Origin: Phoronis australis | Lineage: Eukaryota; Animalia; Phoronida | Assembly: GCA_002633005.1 (NCBI GenBank) | Contig: NMRA01000049.1 | Coordinates: 590,881 to 654,880 of the forward strand | Direction: 5' to 3' | Length of the DNA stretch: 64,000 nucleotides | Shown here: piece after piece, positions 1 to 12,800 of the stretch | Position numbering within the stretch: position 1 is the first letter of the stretch | Layout of the letters: every line of letters starts with the position of its first letter | Position numbers and translations under genes: made by a program | The notes under the pieces: generated by a model | The model's database searches: none | The model's input: only the letters and a program-made list of their open reading frames with translations | Told to the model about the DNA's origin: nothing

Positions 1-54
1 CTTTTCGGGCTTATATTCATTGGGTCACGTGATGTGGCCACAGGAGGTGTGCTC

Positions 55-650
55 ACCAGACTTATAATGTTTGCTATAACAGGTTATGTTTAGACTGGTG
101 CAGGATAATGCATTCAGTTGTCAGACTGTATATACTTATAATGTTTGCTATAACGTTATGTTTAGACTCGTGCAGGATAATGCATTCAGTTGTCAGACTG
201 TATATACTTATAATGTTTGCCATAACAGGTTATGTTTAGACTGGTGCAGGATAATGCATTCAGTTGTCAGACTGTACATACTTATAATGTTTGCCATAAC
301 AGGTTATGTTTAGACTGGTGCAGGATAACGCATTCAGTTGTCAGACTGTATATACTTATGTTTGCTATAACGGGGTTATGTTTAGACTCATGCAGGATAA
401 TGCATTCAGTTGTCAGACTGTACATACTTATAATGTTTGCCATAACAGGTTATGTTTAGACTGGTGCAGGATAACGCATTCAATTGTCAGACTGTATATA
501 CTTATGTTTGCTATAACGGGGTTATGTTTAGACTCATGCAGGATAATGCATTCAGTTGTCAGACTGTACATACTTATAATGTTTGCCATAACAGGTTATG
601 TTTAGACTCGTGCAGGATAATGCATTCAATTGCCAGACTGTATATACTTC
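55..650. repeat. Minisatellite, ~72-74 bp unit, ~8 copies
   Basis: Repeated ttatgtttagactggtgcaggataatgcattcagttgtcagactgtatatacttataatgtttg. Confidence 0.95.
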
Positions 651-653
651 CAG

Positions 654-829
654 TTTGGAGATCTGTGACCCGAATAACAAGTTCTATGCGGGCAACATGC
701 AGATGTGTCCTCAATGTGACGAACGTTGCGGTTACTGGAAACTGAAAACCAGTTGTCTCTATTCGCGTTTCACGTATATTTTTGACAACTACGCCACCTG
801 CGGTTTCGCCATCTTCATGTCACTTTGGG
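654..829 (+). CDS. Anoctamin gene 1 exon (LEICDP...MSLW), 176 nt
   Basis: cag acceptor at 651-653, gtaag donor at 830; Cys-rich TM1-TM2 loop. Confidence 0.92.
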
Positions 830-3800
830 GTAAGTTGGCGGTCGTTATCACAGCAAGATTTCACCATACGCGAACAGTAGTTAACCTTGTCATGACTTTG
901 GTAGGGTTGGTAACCTGTTACATCTTTTTGCACACAGTTGGTAGTTACAGGAATTTTGTTTGAGTTGTGTAATTTTGTTGGAATTGTGGTGAAAGACCTG
1001 AAGGAAATCCGAATATATTTAAGTTTAAATTGTCTGAATAGCAGTATCCGAAGTGTTTTGGACAAGTAGATACTTGTCAATTTTTTTTAACTCTAATGCA
1101 TTTTTAATTTTCATGAAATTTCTTTCAATAGTCGCTCTCATTCAGTTTCGTGTCTTGCGTTAAAAATTAAACTTCCACATGCATGCTTATCATCGGTTCA
1201 GTTAGGTGTGAAAATAATGAAATTTCTGTCATTTAATTAGTTTCAGACTGTGTTGTAATCATTAACTAACTTTAATTAATTTAAAATCATTGAATTCCGA
1301 CGTAAGTAAAAACTTTGTCAAGTGATCTCCTATCACGTCCTAGTGGGTGGTAATGTAGTCAGCAGAGAGTAGTTGACTAGAACTGCCTAGTATCAGTCTA
1401 AATGCATTCATCTGATTGGTTTTGAGTTTTTCATTTTCATCCTCATTGTCATAATCTGCCAATGGCAAGATTTGTTTCATCTCTAGATTACGCTCCCGAA
1501 AGGTTCTCCCTCACATTCACAGTGATGCACAATTCACCTGGGTTGTAGTTTTATCGAGTCGGTGACATAACAACATCATATATATTAAATAGTTATAAAG
1601 AAGATCTAAACAATAAATCTGTGAGTTGTTATACTTGTCAGAGTCACTTAAATTGCTTCCATTGTTTAGACTCGCAAAGTGTGACTAGTTTACTCGTAAC
1701 ACGTGCTTCAATCGTTTCCACGTTTACGGGTTTTTTTTGTTGTTTCAGCCACTTTCTTCATAGAATTCTGGAAGCGTCGTCAGGCGGAGTTCCAGTACGA
1801 CTGGGATGTTGCTGACTACGAAGAGGAGGAGGTAAAGAAATTTCCTGTAGATTGCACTTTGTCTCGCCATTATGTCAACAGTAAAGTGAATGGTTGTAGT
1901 GATGATAATTACTGTTTTTTCCAAATCGTAAATGGTTGTAGTAATTCTAGGGAGTTACTTTCCTGGCATATGTGACTGTGGAAGTTTTGCATAAAACACA
2001 TTGGCATAACTGTAGTCTAAATGCCGTGTACTTCCAAATGTTGTTGTGCAGAGATAGTTTGGTTGTTCGGAAAACGTGAAACATGAAGTGGTGGTTTGTT
2101 CACAAAGTGCCACAATTTCTTTTGAGGGTAGAATGTTATTTTGTTCGGAAACGCAGTAAAAGTGAGGATTTCTCAGCTGGTCTCAAATTACATTTCTTAT
2201 TATTTAGTTGACAGAGTTCGGACTTAGCAGCACAAGCCAAGTTGCAAAAAGCCTCTGTTATTGTTACTTTTTGTGGGCTTTGAAATGAGAAGTAGCAAAG
2301 TGTTGACATGAATTATTTTAAAGATTGTTTTGAAGTAGTGAGAAGCTTTTTATTCTACGATTTGGCTTCACGTTCGGAGCAAAAATTGCCAGGTTCTGTT
2401 GTTAGCTCATGCATTTTAAAGACCTCTTTTACCAAGCTCGTTCTCAGAATGTCCGAGCTCATTAGACTATTAGTTGATGAAACGAGATAAGACCTAGTGG
2501 AAAAAATGCCGCAAGTGCAGCACTCTCTGCAGGGTTCTTACTCGGTTTTTGTCATATTTTCTTATTGGGACCTACCTTGGTGACAGGCCCTTAATGTCTG
2601 GTACAGTGCATGGCCAGCAAGATCACTTTTGTGACGACTTTGTTTCAGCAAAACATTCGTCCGGAGTTCGAGGCGGCCGTACGGCACAAGAAAAAGAACC
2701 CTGTAACTCAGGAGTATGAGCCGTTCCTGCCACTTTTCTCAAAGATACCTCGCTGGGCCTCTTCATTCGTCGTCATTCTATTCATGGTAAGAAGTGATAA
2801 ATGAATCTAGGAACGGTGGAATGCTTTATTGAGGGATGTGCACCTGGTCATAGCTGGGATTGTTGTAAGGTTGTAATAGGAAATCCAGTGCTGTGATGTT
2901 TTTTTTTGATTACAAAACATTGCAAACATGAATTCGATCACAGTTGATATTCAGGCTAAAGTACCATCTTCGAATTGTGTGGTAGTAAAAATAGAAGATG
3001 CAACAATTGCATTGCAACAGGCTTTGATAAATTTGGTCTCCTGGTGGTAAGGCTACAACAGGTACCCCAAATTACTTGGGACTGGGGTTCCTCTGCTGAT
3101 AAGTGACGATTCGCGTCTTGTTTTAGTCTGAAAAATCCAACTAAATAGGGTAAATAATAATGAGATGGTGACTGGCACGAAAATCTTTTCTATCAAATCA
3201 ATGATATGTTTATTAATTCTTGCATCTAGTACCAACTACGGTACCTGGGACAGCGATGAGCACAGCAGATCGATAATGACCTTTTGACCTGCTTTTATGT
3301 GCCACAGCGTCTACAATAACTCGCTGAATTAACAAACTGACTCAAAAATAGAAAGTAGCCCAACTCATTTTGACACCTTAAAAGCAACTGCGTGTGTGGC
3401 CAGACTTATGTACCATCNNNNNNNNNNNNNNNNNNNNNNNNNNNNNNNNNNNNNNNNNNNNNNNNNNNNNNNNNNNNNNNNNNNNNNNNNNNNNNNNNNN
3501 NNNNNNNNNNNNNNNNNNNNNNNNNNNNNNNNNNNNNNNNNNNNNNNNNNNNNNNNNNNNNNNNNNNNNNNNNNNNNNNNNNNNNNNNNNNNNNNNNNNN
3601 NNNNNNNNNNNNNNNNNNNNNNNNNNNNNNNNNNNNNNNNNNNNNNNNNNNNNNNNNNNNNNNNNNNNNNNNNNNNNNNNNNNNNNNNNNNNNNNNNNNN
3701 NNNNNNNNNNNNNNNNNNNNNNNNNNNNNNNNNNNNNNNNNNNNNNNNNNNNNNNNNNNNNNNNNNNNNNNNNNNNNNNNNNNNNNNNNNNNNNNNNNNN

Positions 3801-6800
3801 NNNNNNNNNNNNNNNNNNNNNNNNNNNNNNNNNNNNCAAGATTTGTTTCATCCTCATTGTCATAATCTGCCAATGGCAAGATTTGTTTCATCCTCATTGT
3901 CATAATCTGCCAATGGCAAGATTTGTTTCATCCTCATTGTCATAATCTGCCAATGACAAGATTTGTTTCATCCTCATTGTCATAATCTGCCAATGGCAAG
4001 ATTTGTTTCATCCTCATTGTCATAATCTGCCAATGACAAGATTTGTTTCATCCTCATTGTCATAATCTGCCAATGGCAAGATTTGTTTCATTTCCAGATT
4101 ACACTCCCGATAGGTTCTCCTTCACATTCACAGTGATGCACAATTCAGCTGGGTTGTAGTTTTATTGAGTCGGTGACATAGCAACATCATATATATTAAA
4201 TAATTATAAAGAAGATCTAAACAATAAATCTGTGAGTTGTTATACTTGTCAGAGTCACTAAAATTGCTTCCATTGTTTAGACTCGCAAATTGTGACTAGT
4301 TTGCACGTAATACGTGCTTCAATTATTTCCACATTTACAGGTTATTTTTGTTGTTTCAGCCACTTTCTTCATAGAATTCTGGAAGCGTCGTCAGGCGGAG
4401 TTCCAGTACGACTGGGATGTTGCTGATTACGAAGAGGAGGAGGTAAAGAAATTGCCATTATGTCAACAGTAGAGTGAATGGTTGTAGTGATAATAATTAC
4501 TGTTTTTACTAAAAAGTAAATGGTTGTAGTAATTCCAGGGAGATACTTTCTTGGCATATGTGACGGTGGAAGTTTTGCATAAAACACATTGGCATAACTG
4601 TTGTCCAAATACCATGTACTTCCAAATGTTGTTGTGCAGAGACAGTTTGGTTGTTCAGAAAACGTGAAACATGAAGCGGTGGATTGTTCACAAAGTGCCA
4701 CAATTTCTTTTGAGTGTAGAATGTTATTTTGTTCGGAAACGCAGTAATAGTGAGGATTTCTCAGCTGGTCTCAAATTACATTTCTTATTATTTAGTTGAC
4801 AGAGTTCGGACTTAGCAGCACAAGCCAAGTTGCAAAAAGCCTCTGTTTTTGTTACTTTTTTGTGGGCTTTGAAATGAGAAGTAGCAAAGTGTTGACATGA
4901 ATTATTTTAAAGATTGTTTTGAAGTGGTGAGAAGCTTTTTATTCTACGATTTGGCTTCAAGTTCGGAGCAAAAATTGCCAGGTTCTGTTGTTAGCTCATG
5001 CATTTTAAAGACCTCTCTTACCAAGCTCATTCTCAGAATGTCCAAGCTCATTAAACTATTAGTTGAGGAAACGAGATAAGACCTAGTGGAAAAAATGCCG
5101 TAAGTGCAGCACTGTCTGCAGGGTCCTTACACGGTTTTTGTCATATTTTCTTATTGGGACCTACCATGGTGACAGGCCCTTAATGTCTAGTACAGTGCAT
5201 GGCCAGCATGATCACTTTTGCGACGACTTCGTTTCAGCAAAACATTCGTCCGGAGTTCGAGGCGGCCGTACGGCACAAGAAAAAGAACCCTGTAACTCAG
5301 GAGTATGAGCCGTTCCTGCCACTTTTCTCAAAGATACCTCGCTGGACCTCTTCATTCGTCGTCATTCTATTCATGGTAAGAAGCGATAAATGAATCTAGG
5401 CAACGGTGGAATGCTTTATTGAGGGATGTGCACCTGGTCATAGCTGGGATTGTTGTAAGGTTGTAATAGGAAATCCAGTGCTGTGATGTTTTTTTTGATT
5501 ACAAAACATTGCAAACATGAATTCGATCATAGTTGATATTCACGCTTAAGTACCATCTTCGAATTGTGTGGTAGTAAAAATAGAAGATGCAACAATTGCG
5601 TTGCAACAGGCTTTGATAAATTTGGTCTCCTGGTGGTAAGGCTGCAACAGGTACCCCAAATTACTTGGGACTGGGGTTCCTCTGCTGTTAAGTGACGATT
5701 CGCGTCTTGTTTTAGTCTGAAAAATCCAACTAAATAGGGTAAATAATAATGAGATGGTGACTGGCACGAAAATCTTTTCTATCAAATCAATGATATGTTT
5801 ATTAATTCTTGCATCTAGTAACAACTACGGTACCTGGGACAGCGATGAGCACAGCAGATCGATAATGACCTTTTGACCTGCTTTTATGTGCCACAGCGTC
5901 TACAATAACTCGCTGAATTAACAAACTGACTCAAAAATAGAAAGTAGCCCAACTCATTTTGACACCTTAAAAGCAACTGCGTGTGTGGCCAGACTTATGT
6001 ACCATCCAACAAAGACCAAAATGGACAAGACGACGAGTCAGTACAATAATGTACACATTCAGTTAGCTAAGTATAAAATATTCACCAGGAGGCACATTGG
6101 CTATGGTCAAACATTTGAGCAGAAACACTTCATTGATGTAAGTATTACAACGCCAGAACAACAAATGACTCCTGGTCCTAGCTAATCATTACTTGCCCCT
6201 CTGGCTAAGAAGTGCCTGGGCATGCCTGCTACTTTAATTGCTAGTGAACAGGTGGTTTCTAGAGGTGGTGTTACGGCCCAGAGAACAGTCATGTTATGAA
6301 CAAGTAAGCCGGCTAGTGTTTTTGAAAACCAACATGTATGGCACGTCATTGTATACTTACAACTCATTTTCAAAGAAATAACAAAAAAGTTTGGTTCCAA
6401 TAATGTTTCCACCATGAAATTAGAATGGAAAGTGTCATGAATAATTTCAAATTTTGTTTTGAGTAATAGATGAGACCCCGGACGCTGATTTCACCAGTCT
6501 GTAGCATGTTTTTTCACTTTGTTTTCTCAGTTACTCTCATTATAGAATCCACCTTGTTCTTTCCCATTTCAGATCGTGTTGGTGTTGGCAGCCATATTTG
6601 GCGTGATCCTCTATCGTATCGTCGTCGTGGTATTGCTCTATTCGACCAAAGTCGAAGTCGTCATGAAAACAGCAGGCATCGTCAAGTCTATCACGGCAGC
6701 CATAATATCCCTTGTGATCATTACTATACTGAACAAGGTAAGACATTGGATCATTGCTATACTGAACAAGGTAAAACAATGGACCATTGTCAAGACTATC

Positions 6801-9800
6801 ATGGCAGCCATAATATCCCTTGTGATCATTACTATACTGAACGAGGTAAGACATTGGATCATTGTATGCGGTGTTCAGTGGTATCAAGTTCAATCTGTGT
6901 TATTTACATTTTAATTGGCAATATTGACATATGCTTCAGTAGCGCCATGAGATGTCACTTTTTTTCTGCTGACATCACATTTGCCATCAGCAAGAGATGG
7001 CTTGCGTATCGATTACCGTTGGTCTTGAAATATTGATGATCTCCTGAAAAAAATAGTGTTGTTGTATATTATATGAATGCATGGGTCCGTCCATAAATCT
7101 ATTGCTGAATTTACTTTTTATTTGTTAAGTTTGATTCAGTAAATGAATCGAAGAGATTTGAGAATTGATGTTCCCAAATCCCCACCTTGAAGTGGTTTTT
7201 TGAAGTCAAATTTGATTTTCCATTATGCACTGAGCTTGCAGAACCAAATCAAATTTCTGTATAATTTTGATTTTTTCAGGTATACGAAAAAGTGGCCTAC
7301 TACCTTACAAACTGGGGTGAGTGATACGGCTACGTGCTCTGTGTGGCAACCTGTCTGCCATGCAACCTGTCTGCCATGCAACCTGTCTGCCATGCAACCT
7401 GTCTGCCATGGAGCCTGGCTGCCATGGAGCCTGGCTGCCATGCAACCTGGCTGCCATGGAGCCTGGCTGCCATGGAGCCTGGCTGCCATGCAACCTGTCT
7501 GCCATGCAACCTGTCTGCCATGCAACCTGTCTGCCATGCAACCTGTCTGCCATGCAACCTGTCTGCCATGGAGCCTGGCTGCGTTACTATCCTTTATGTC
7601 TTTTCAAACTTGGTATATTTGAAAACAGCACAGTGTGAAAAGTCCCATGTTAAGGGTGTTTGACACAGCTTTGATTTATCGTTCATTTTTAATTGTGCTT
7701 TGTTTCTTGGTCTTTGCATACTACAAATCTCTCCACTGCAGCCACCTAAACACAGGCACCTCTGGCAAAAATAATATTCACATGGACACCTGAAAAGCCA
7801 CTTTTTATTGAATCAAGTACTGAAGTCTTTTGGAAATGGGATAATTTCCAATGTCAGTTTTATGTTGTGATGGCTTCTGTATTTTCCGGTTTCTTTAAGG
7901 TTTTATTTTGATGCGCTACGTGTTTGCTATGAAATCAGAATAAAAATTAGAGGGTCACGGACAAGCTTAAACTGTGGGACTTAAGAAAGCCTGCCAATTT
8001 ATTTCAAGGTGACAATTACTCCGTTGCATTTCACTAGATGGCGATTATGCTAACTTATCGAGTTTGTTCGAATTAACTAAAACATAAACTGTCTTCTGTA
8101 ATAAATTCAAATTTGCCATCTTGCTACAAATATAGTCTGAAACGAGATTCTAAGTTTCAAGAGCACGAAACCATGAAAATAACGTTGGAAGCACGGTTGC
8201 AGATTTTAAATTTATTGGAACTTGGCATGAAATAGCAACATGCGTACCCTTTTGCCTGGCAGTTTTACATCCATTAATTATCAGAAGTAATATACACTGG
8301 TATTTTTAGCGCTCAAAATGGTGGAGTAGTAAATGTTTTTTAATGGAACGTAGAGTCATTTGTATGCATGAGAGTCCGATTGTTTGCACTCTTTGAATTC
8401 TTAAAATATTATTTATTGGTGTAGTAATACTAGCATACAGTAGTTTCTTAAGGGGAGACAACTCTACAATTGGATACTAAAACACAGTGACTGATAATAC
8501 TGAGCTGTGATCAGAAGAAAATGAAACTTTATTTCTCACTGCAGAAAGTCATAGAACCGAAACTGAATGGGAGGACAGCTTCACGTTTAAGATGTTCTTG
8601 TTCCAAGCTGTCAACTACTACGGCACCATATTCTACATTGCTTTCTTCAAAGGAAGGTAGGAATGTTTAATTTGTACTTCGGCCATCTTGATTTAACGAA
8701 CGAATGGTTTTGATAATTGAGCTGGCTTTTAAGATAGTCTGGCACAGTTGAACTTTGTCTTGGCATCACAACGCGGTTTTTATTATTCTTGAAATGTGTA
8801 GTATGTTATTATAATAGATTTTGTTCAGTAAAAAATCCAGTTGAAGTATTCTAAAATCTTCATTCTCATGTTGACCTCTATAAGTCGGTATAGATCAAAA
8901 TTTTCAACACAGCTTATGTAGCATCAGATTTACCAGAATTTCATAGTTTAAGTCACGATGCGTCTGCATATCAGTCGTGTTCCTCACCAGATGTCTCAGC
9001 ATTCAGTGACCTGTAGAAGACATCTGGTTTTTACCGTAGTGTCAAACGAAATGTATCAACAGGTTCAACGGGACACCGTATGACAGAGCCTACTTTCTTG
9101 GTTACCGGATGGATGAGGTATTATTATATCGTTGCAAAAATCGCTGGGATTAATGATTTCTGCAGGAGTAGGGATTGTAATCATATTATTGTAACGTCTG
9201 CTTAACCTCGCGCTGTGGCTATGACGAGGTTGTGGTATTAGTTATGGAAGCAGACATCTTTAGGCTTGGATTAGGTCAGCTGTTTATATTTTATTGTCGC
9301 TTGGCTTGTTTTTTCGTATTTGCCAGCTTACTGTGAAGGAGGTGGTGACTGAATCCAATGAAATCTAAATATGCCAAGCTCGCCGAAATTACTCTATTCT
9401 TACATTTAACATTGCGTTGCCTGCTCTGTGATGAAACGTTGTCGCTATAGAGGTGAATCGTCATTTTCTTGTCAATTACTGGGTTCCGTGTGTTGTGTGT
9501 CGTCTCTAATGGGAGAGTCGAATGAAGCCTCTGTGTAGGGTAATGTCGCTGTTGAGGTGAACATTAATGTCATTATGTTTCAGGTCATGGGTTAATGGTC
9601 ATCCGAGTAGCAGGAATTACATAGGAGGCCACTATTACCCGGAATCGGTGACATTTTTTTCGTTCATGTTTCTAGGTTTGCATGGTGCGATGACGTCATA
9701 GCTTGTTGCTGGGAAAATATCTGGAGATGTTCTATGACTTTGAGTCTTAATTTGGTTTTTGCAATTCCCAAAGCACTGTAGACAAAGCTGCACCAGTGTC

Positions 9801-12800
9801 TTTCCGATTTTCTGTTTGGAATTTCCATCATGAATTAAGTAAGGCAGGTTAGGCTAAGCCGCAGTGGGTCTCGTACTTTTCAGTTCATTTCCAGTCTTCT
9901 CCCTTGGTACTTAAAGTTCGCGTCATGCGAAGTGCATAAAACTTTGTTTTTGCTAATCGCTGTAAAGATATTGACAAGTTTATCTTTTGTTTTGGAAACT
10001 TGTCCTGTTATTCACTATATTAATTCTGTTTTTGAGTTTAGGAATTGTCAGTTGTTTGAAAGGAAACGTTAGTGATCACAGAAAAATGAAAGGTTGTTTG
10101 CTGAATCACATCTTTACTGCATTTACCTATATCACCCAAGATCCAACGATGGACTGAACCGAAATTATTAATCCATACCCGCGGATCCAGGTATTTTTGG
10201 GTACCCTCTATTTTTTTTGCCCTAAAGAAATGCAATGTACACATCGAATTATCCCAGCAACTTTGCTATGGTGTCTCGAAAACTTGAATTCCCCTTCATA
10301 CTTCCTCCCATCATTTCGCCGATTGCTTTCAGGTTGTTTCAATCCATGCTTGTCGCAGTGGCTGTCCCAACAACGCTTGATCCTGCAGAGTTGTTTGGCC
10401 AACTTTTTCAGTTCTAGGAAAGTAGCTTGCATCGACTGTTTGGATAGTACGCGTCCGATTATTGGAGCCACGTAATCTTGTCTTGGGCCACAAAAGCTTA
10501 GTTGAACAAATATGAACTGGGAGTAGTGTTAAACTGAAATGCACTAATTTACATCGCTCATTGGAAGTTTTAACCTTTCCATCATCTTAGACTTTGTGCA
10601 CCAAGTACTAAAACATTGGGCTCGTGTCTTCACCAAGATGAATTGACTAAGTCATAAACATTATTCGACAGGCTGTGATTAGTTGTTCGATCGAAACACG
10701 TGTTTCTGTGTTGTACATACATTTAGTTATGCTCATGTTGGCGTCAGGATTCCTTTCTGATTTTAGATGTAAATACATCTACTTAAGCGACAAAACACAC
10801 GATTGTGGCATTCTACTTGAAAATATATACGTGACCCCAGGATTTAATCTTTGACCCAAAATTTAACCAATCATCTCGCATTATTTGATTACAGATTTGT
10901 AAGCCTACATGCAATTGATTGATTTCAAGTCAAATGTGGAGTACCGGGATTTGACCCCGCAGCCCAGATGAGCTCACCTTATTGGAACTTGAGACAGATT
11001 TCGTGTGGCCCATTAACTGACTAGTACCTTTTAGCGGATGATTCTGTATGATGGTTAAATCTCACCAATTTCAGGCTGAAATAATCGCCAAAATGTCCTT
11101 CCACCCACAAATTTTCAAAACTTTGCTTAACAGCGTAGGTATTGAACAAAACTTGTACATGGTAAAGCACTTAATTTGGTGCCGTATATCTTTCGTGGAA
11201 AAACAATGAAATGAAATTTCACTTGTCGGCCATATTGTGTCCTAAATTGGCGAGATTTCACTGTATTTGTCACGTTTTCAGGTTCGCTGACAGACAGTAG
11301 AAGTGGCTGCAAACGTAACGCTTAGTAGTTATTGTCCGGGGACCAGTTTGGTCGATTTCATCTACAGCGCTGTTGTTGTCTTGTAAGTGCACTGTGGGAC
11401 GGTTGTCGACTATCCAGTGACATCATGGATAACTTGGTGACCTGTGGATATTAATTTAATGGAAAACAACGTTTGTCTCTTAAGCATATGAGGGGTCCAC
11501 TGTAACGTGCTTCTTGGTGCAAGTATGACTAAGCAACGCTCATCATTGTAAGTGAGCCAAAATACATTGCGTAAATTCACACAATAGCAAATCTTTTGCA
11601 CAAAACGTTCTTGATCCCATGAAGTTAAGTGTTGCGGCCTAAAATGGATATTACAAATCATATCGCACATCCTCATGTTATTTGTGATGTCACCGGATTT
11701 TTCCTTGCCATCAGCCATCCCACAGTGCAATTGGAAGACAACAGCAGCATCATGGATGAAATTCTCCGAACTAATTTAGAGTTGTTATTGTTATCCAATT
11801 TTGTAATTGTGTTGTGGTATGTATTTTATTGACTTGGTACAATTAGTTGAGCTTGTCTACTAACTGTAAAAGTTATGTGTTGCATTTTTTTCTGTCACTC
11901 ACTTAGATTCAGCGGTCGTCCTGGAAACTACGACTACTCCGTGGCCAACTATCGCCTGGATGAGGTGCCTTTTTCTAAAGCAACAACATAAATAACAAAG
12001 TCCTAACATGTCGTCTTCCAAATTGCACCATGCGCCTATGAATTCGGCTTGTTGATCTTTACTCTGGAAATTACTGTCTTTCTAGTTTTTCTGCATCAAT
12101 AAGGTGTTTGGAGTTCTTTGACCAGTTGCATGAAACAGTCCCAAATAGGGACTCAAGTTCCCTAAATGTACTGCGTATTTATGTTCTTCACTCACAGATG
12201 TAATATTTTTTCTATCATTCTATTTTTATTACGAGCTCCTCCTTGACTATACTGAGCCCTTAATTAAGTCATAATAATTAGGGACTTAGTCCTTAAAATA
12301 GGAATGTTGCATGAAAAGATCGCCACTCATTTTCAGTGATATTGATAATTCTACATAGAGTTCACTCTCGATTTTATATCAAAGTCAAAAATTGACTTAA
12401 TAATGAGACTCAAACAAGAAAGGACTATCAGTGTTTTCACAAGCCCACAAATACGCAGTAGATTTAGGAAGCTTAGCCGAGTCCCAATTTGGGACTGTTT
12501 CATCCATTGGAGCAAAGGTGATGTTAGTTTTGGAACTGTACTTGTTTGGATTAATGCCTTCTGAAGGGAACTCAAGAATCGGGGAGTAGGCATTACCCTT
12601 AGTATGGGCACTTAAAACTAATTGTAGAAATAAGGGATGGGCGTTTACCGAACGGTCGATTTGGTTAAACATCAAGGGAATTGTATTAAAGTGGGATTAC
12701 ACATAGTGGGAGTCGAATAAAACTGGTATGTGAGTACAGGAATTTTACCACCCGGGTATGGTAAGGTGCTGATGAAACTGTGTTTGTTACTCATGGGTAT

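Larger units (their letters stand above)
1435..6006. repeat. ~2 kb direct duplication (1435-3417 vs 3837-6006) either side of an N gap; likely unmerged haplotypes
   Basis: Copy a ends exactly at the gap and copy b starts at it; introns differ only by SNPs, small indels and VNTR copy number. Confidence 0.9.

Noticed and set aside
55-650. CRISPR-like array or repeated ORFs
   Set aside because: Head-to-tail units without unique spacers in a eukaryotic intron; the ORFs are repeat artefacts.
3378-3945. Long ORFs of X residues (also 61695-62549)
   Set aside because: They span assembly gaps.
1435-6006. Real tandem exon duplication or second mutually exclusive pair (83+138-nt exons)
   Set aside because: The copies abut the N gap on both sides, the introns are nearly identical with allele-level differences, and including both pairs adds 221 nt (a frameshift). 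This is best explained as unmerged haplotype contig ends; read depth would settle it.
7200-7663. Cys-rich repetitive ORFs in six frames
   Set aside because: Products of a 16-bp intronic minisatellite.
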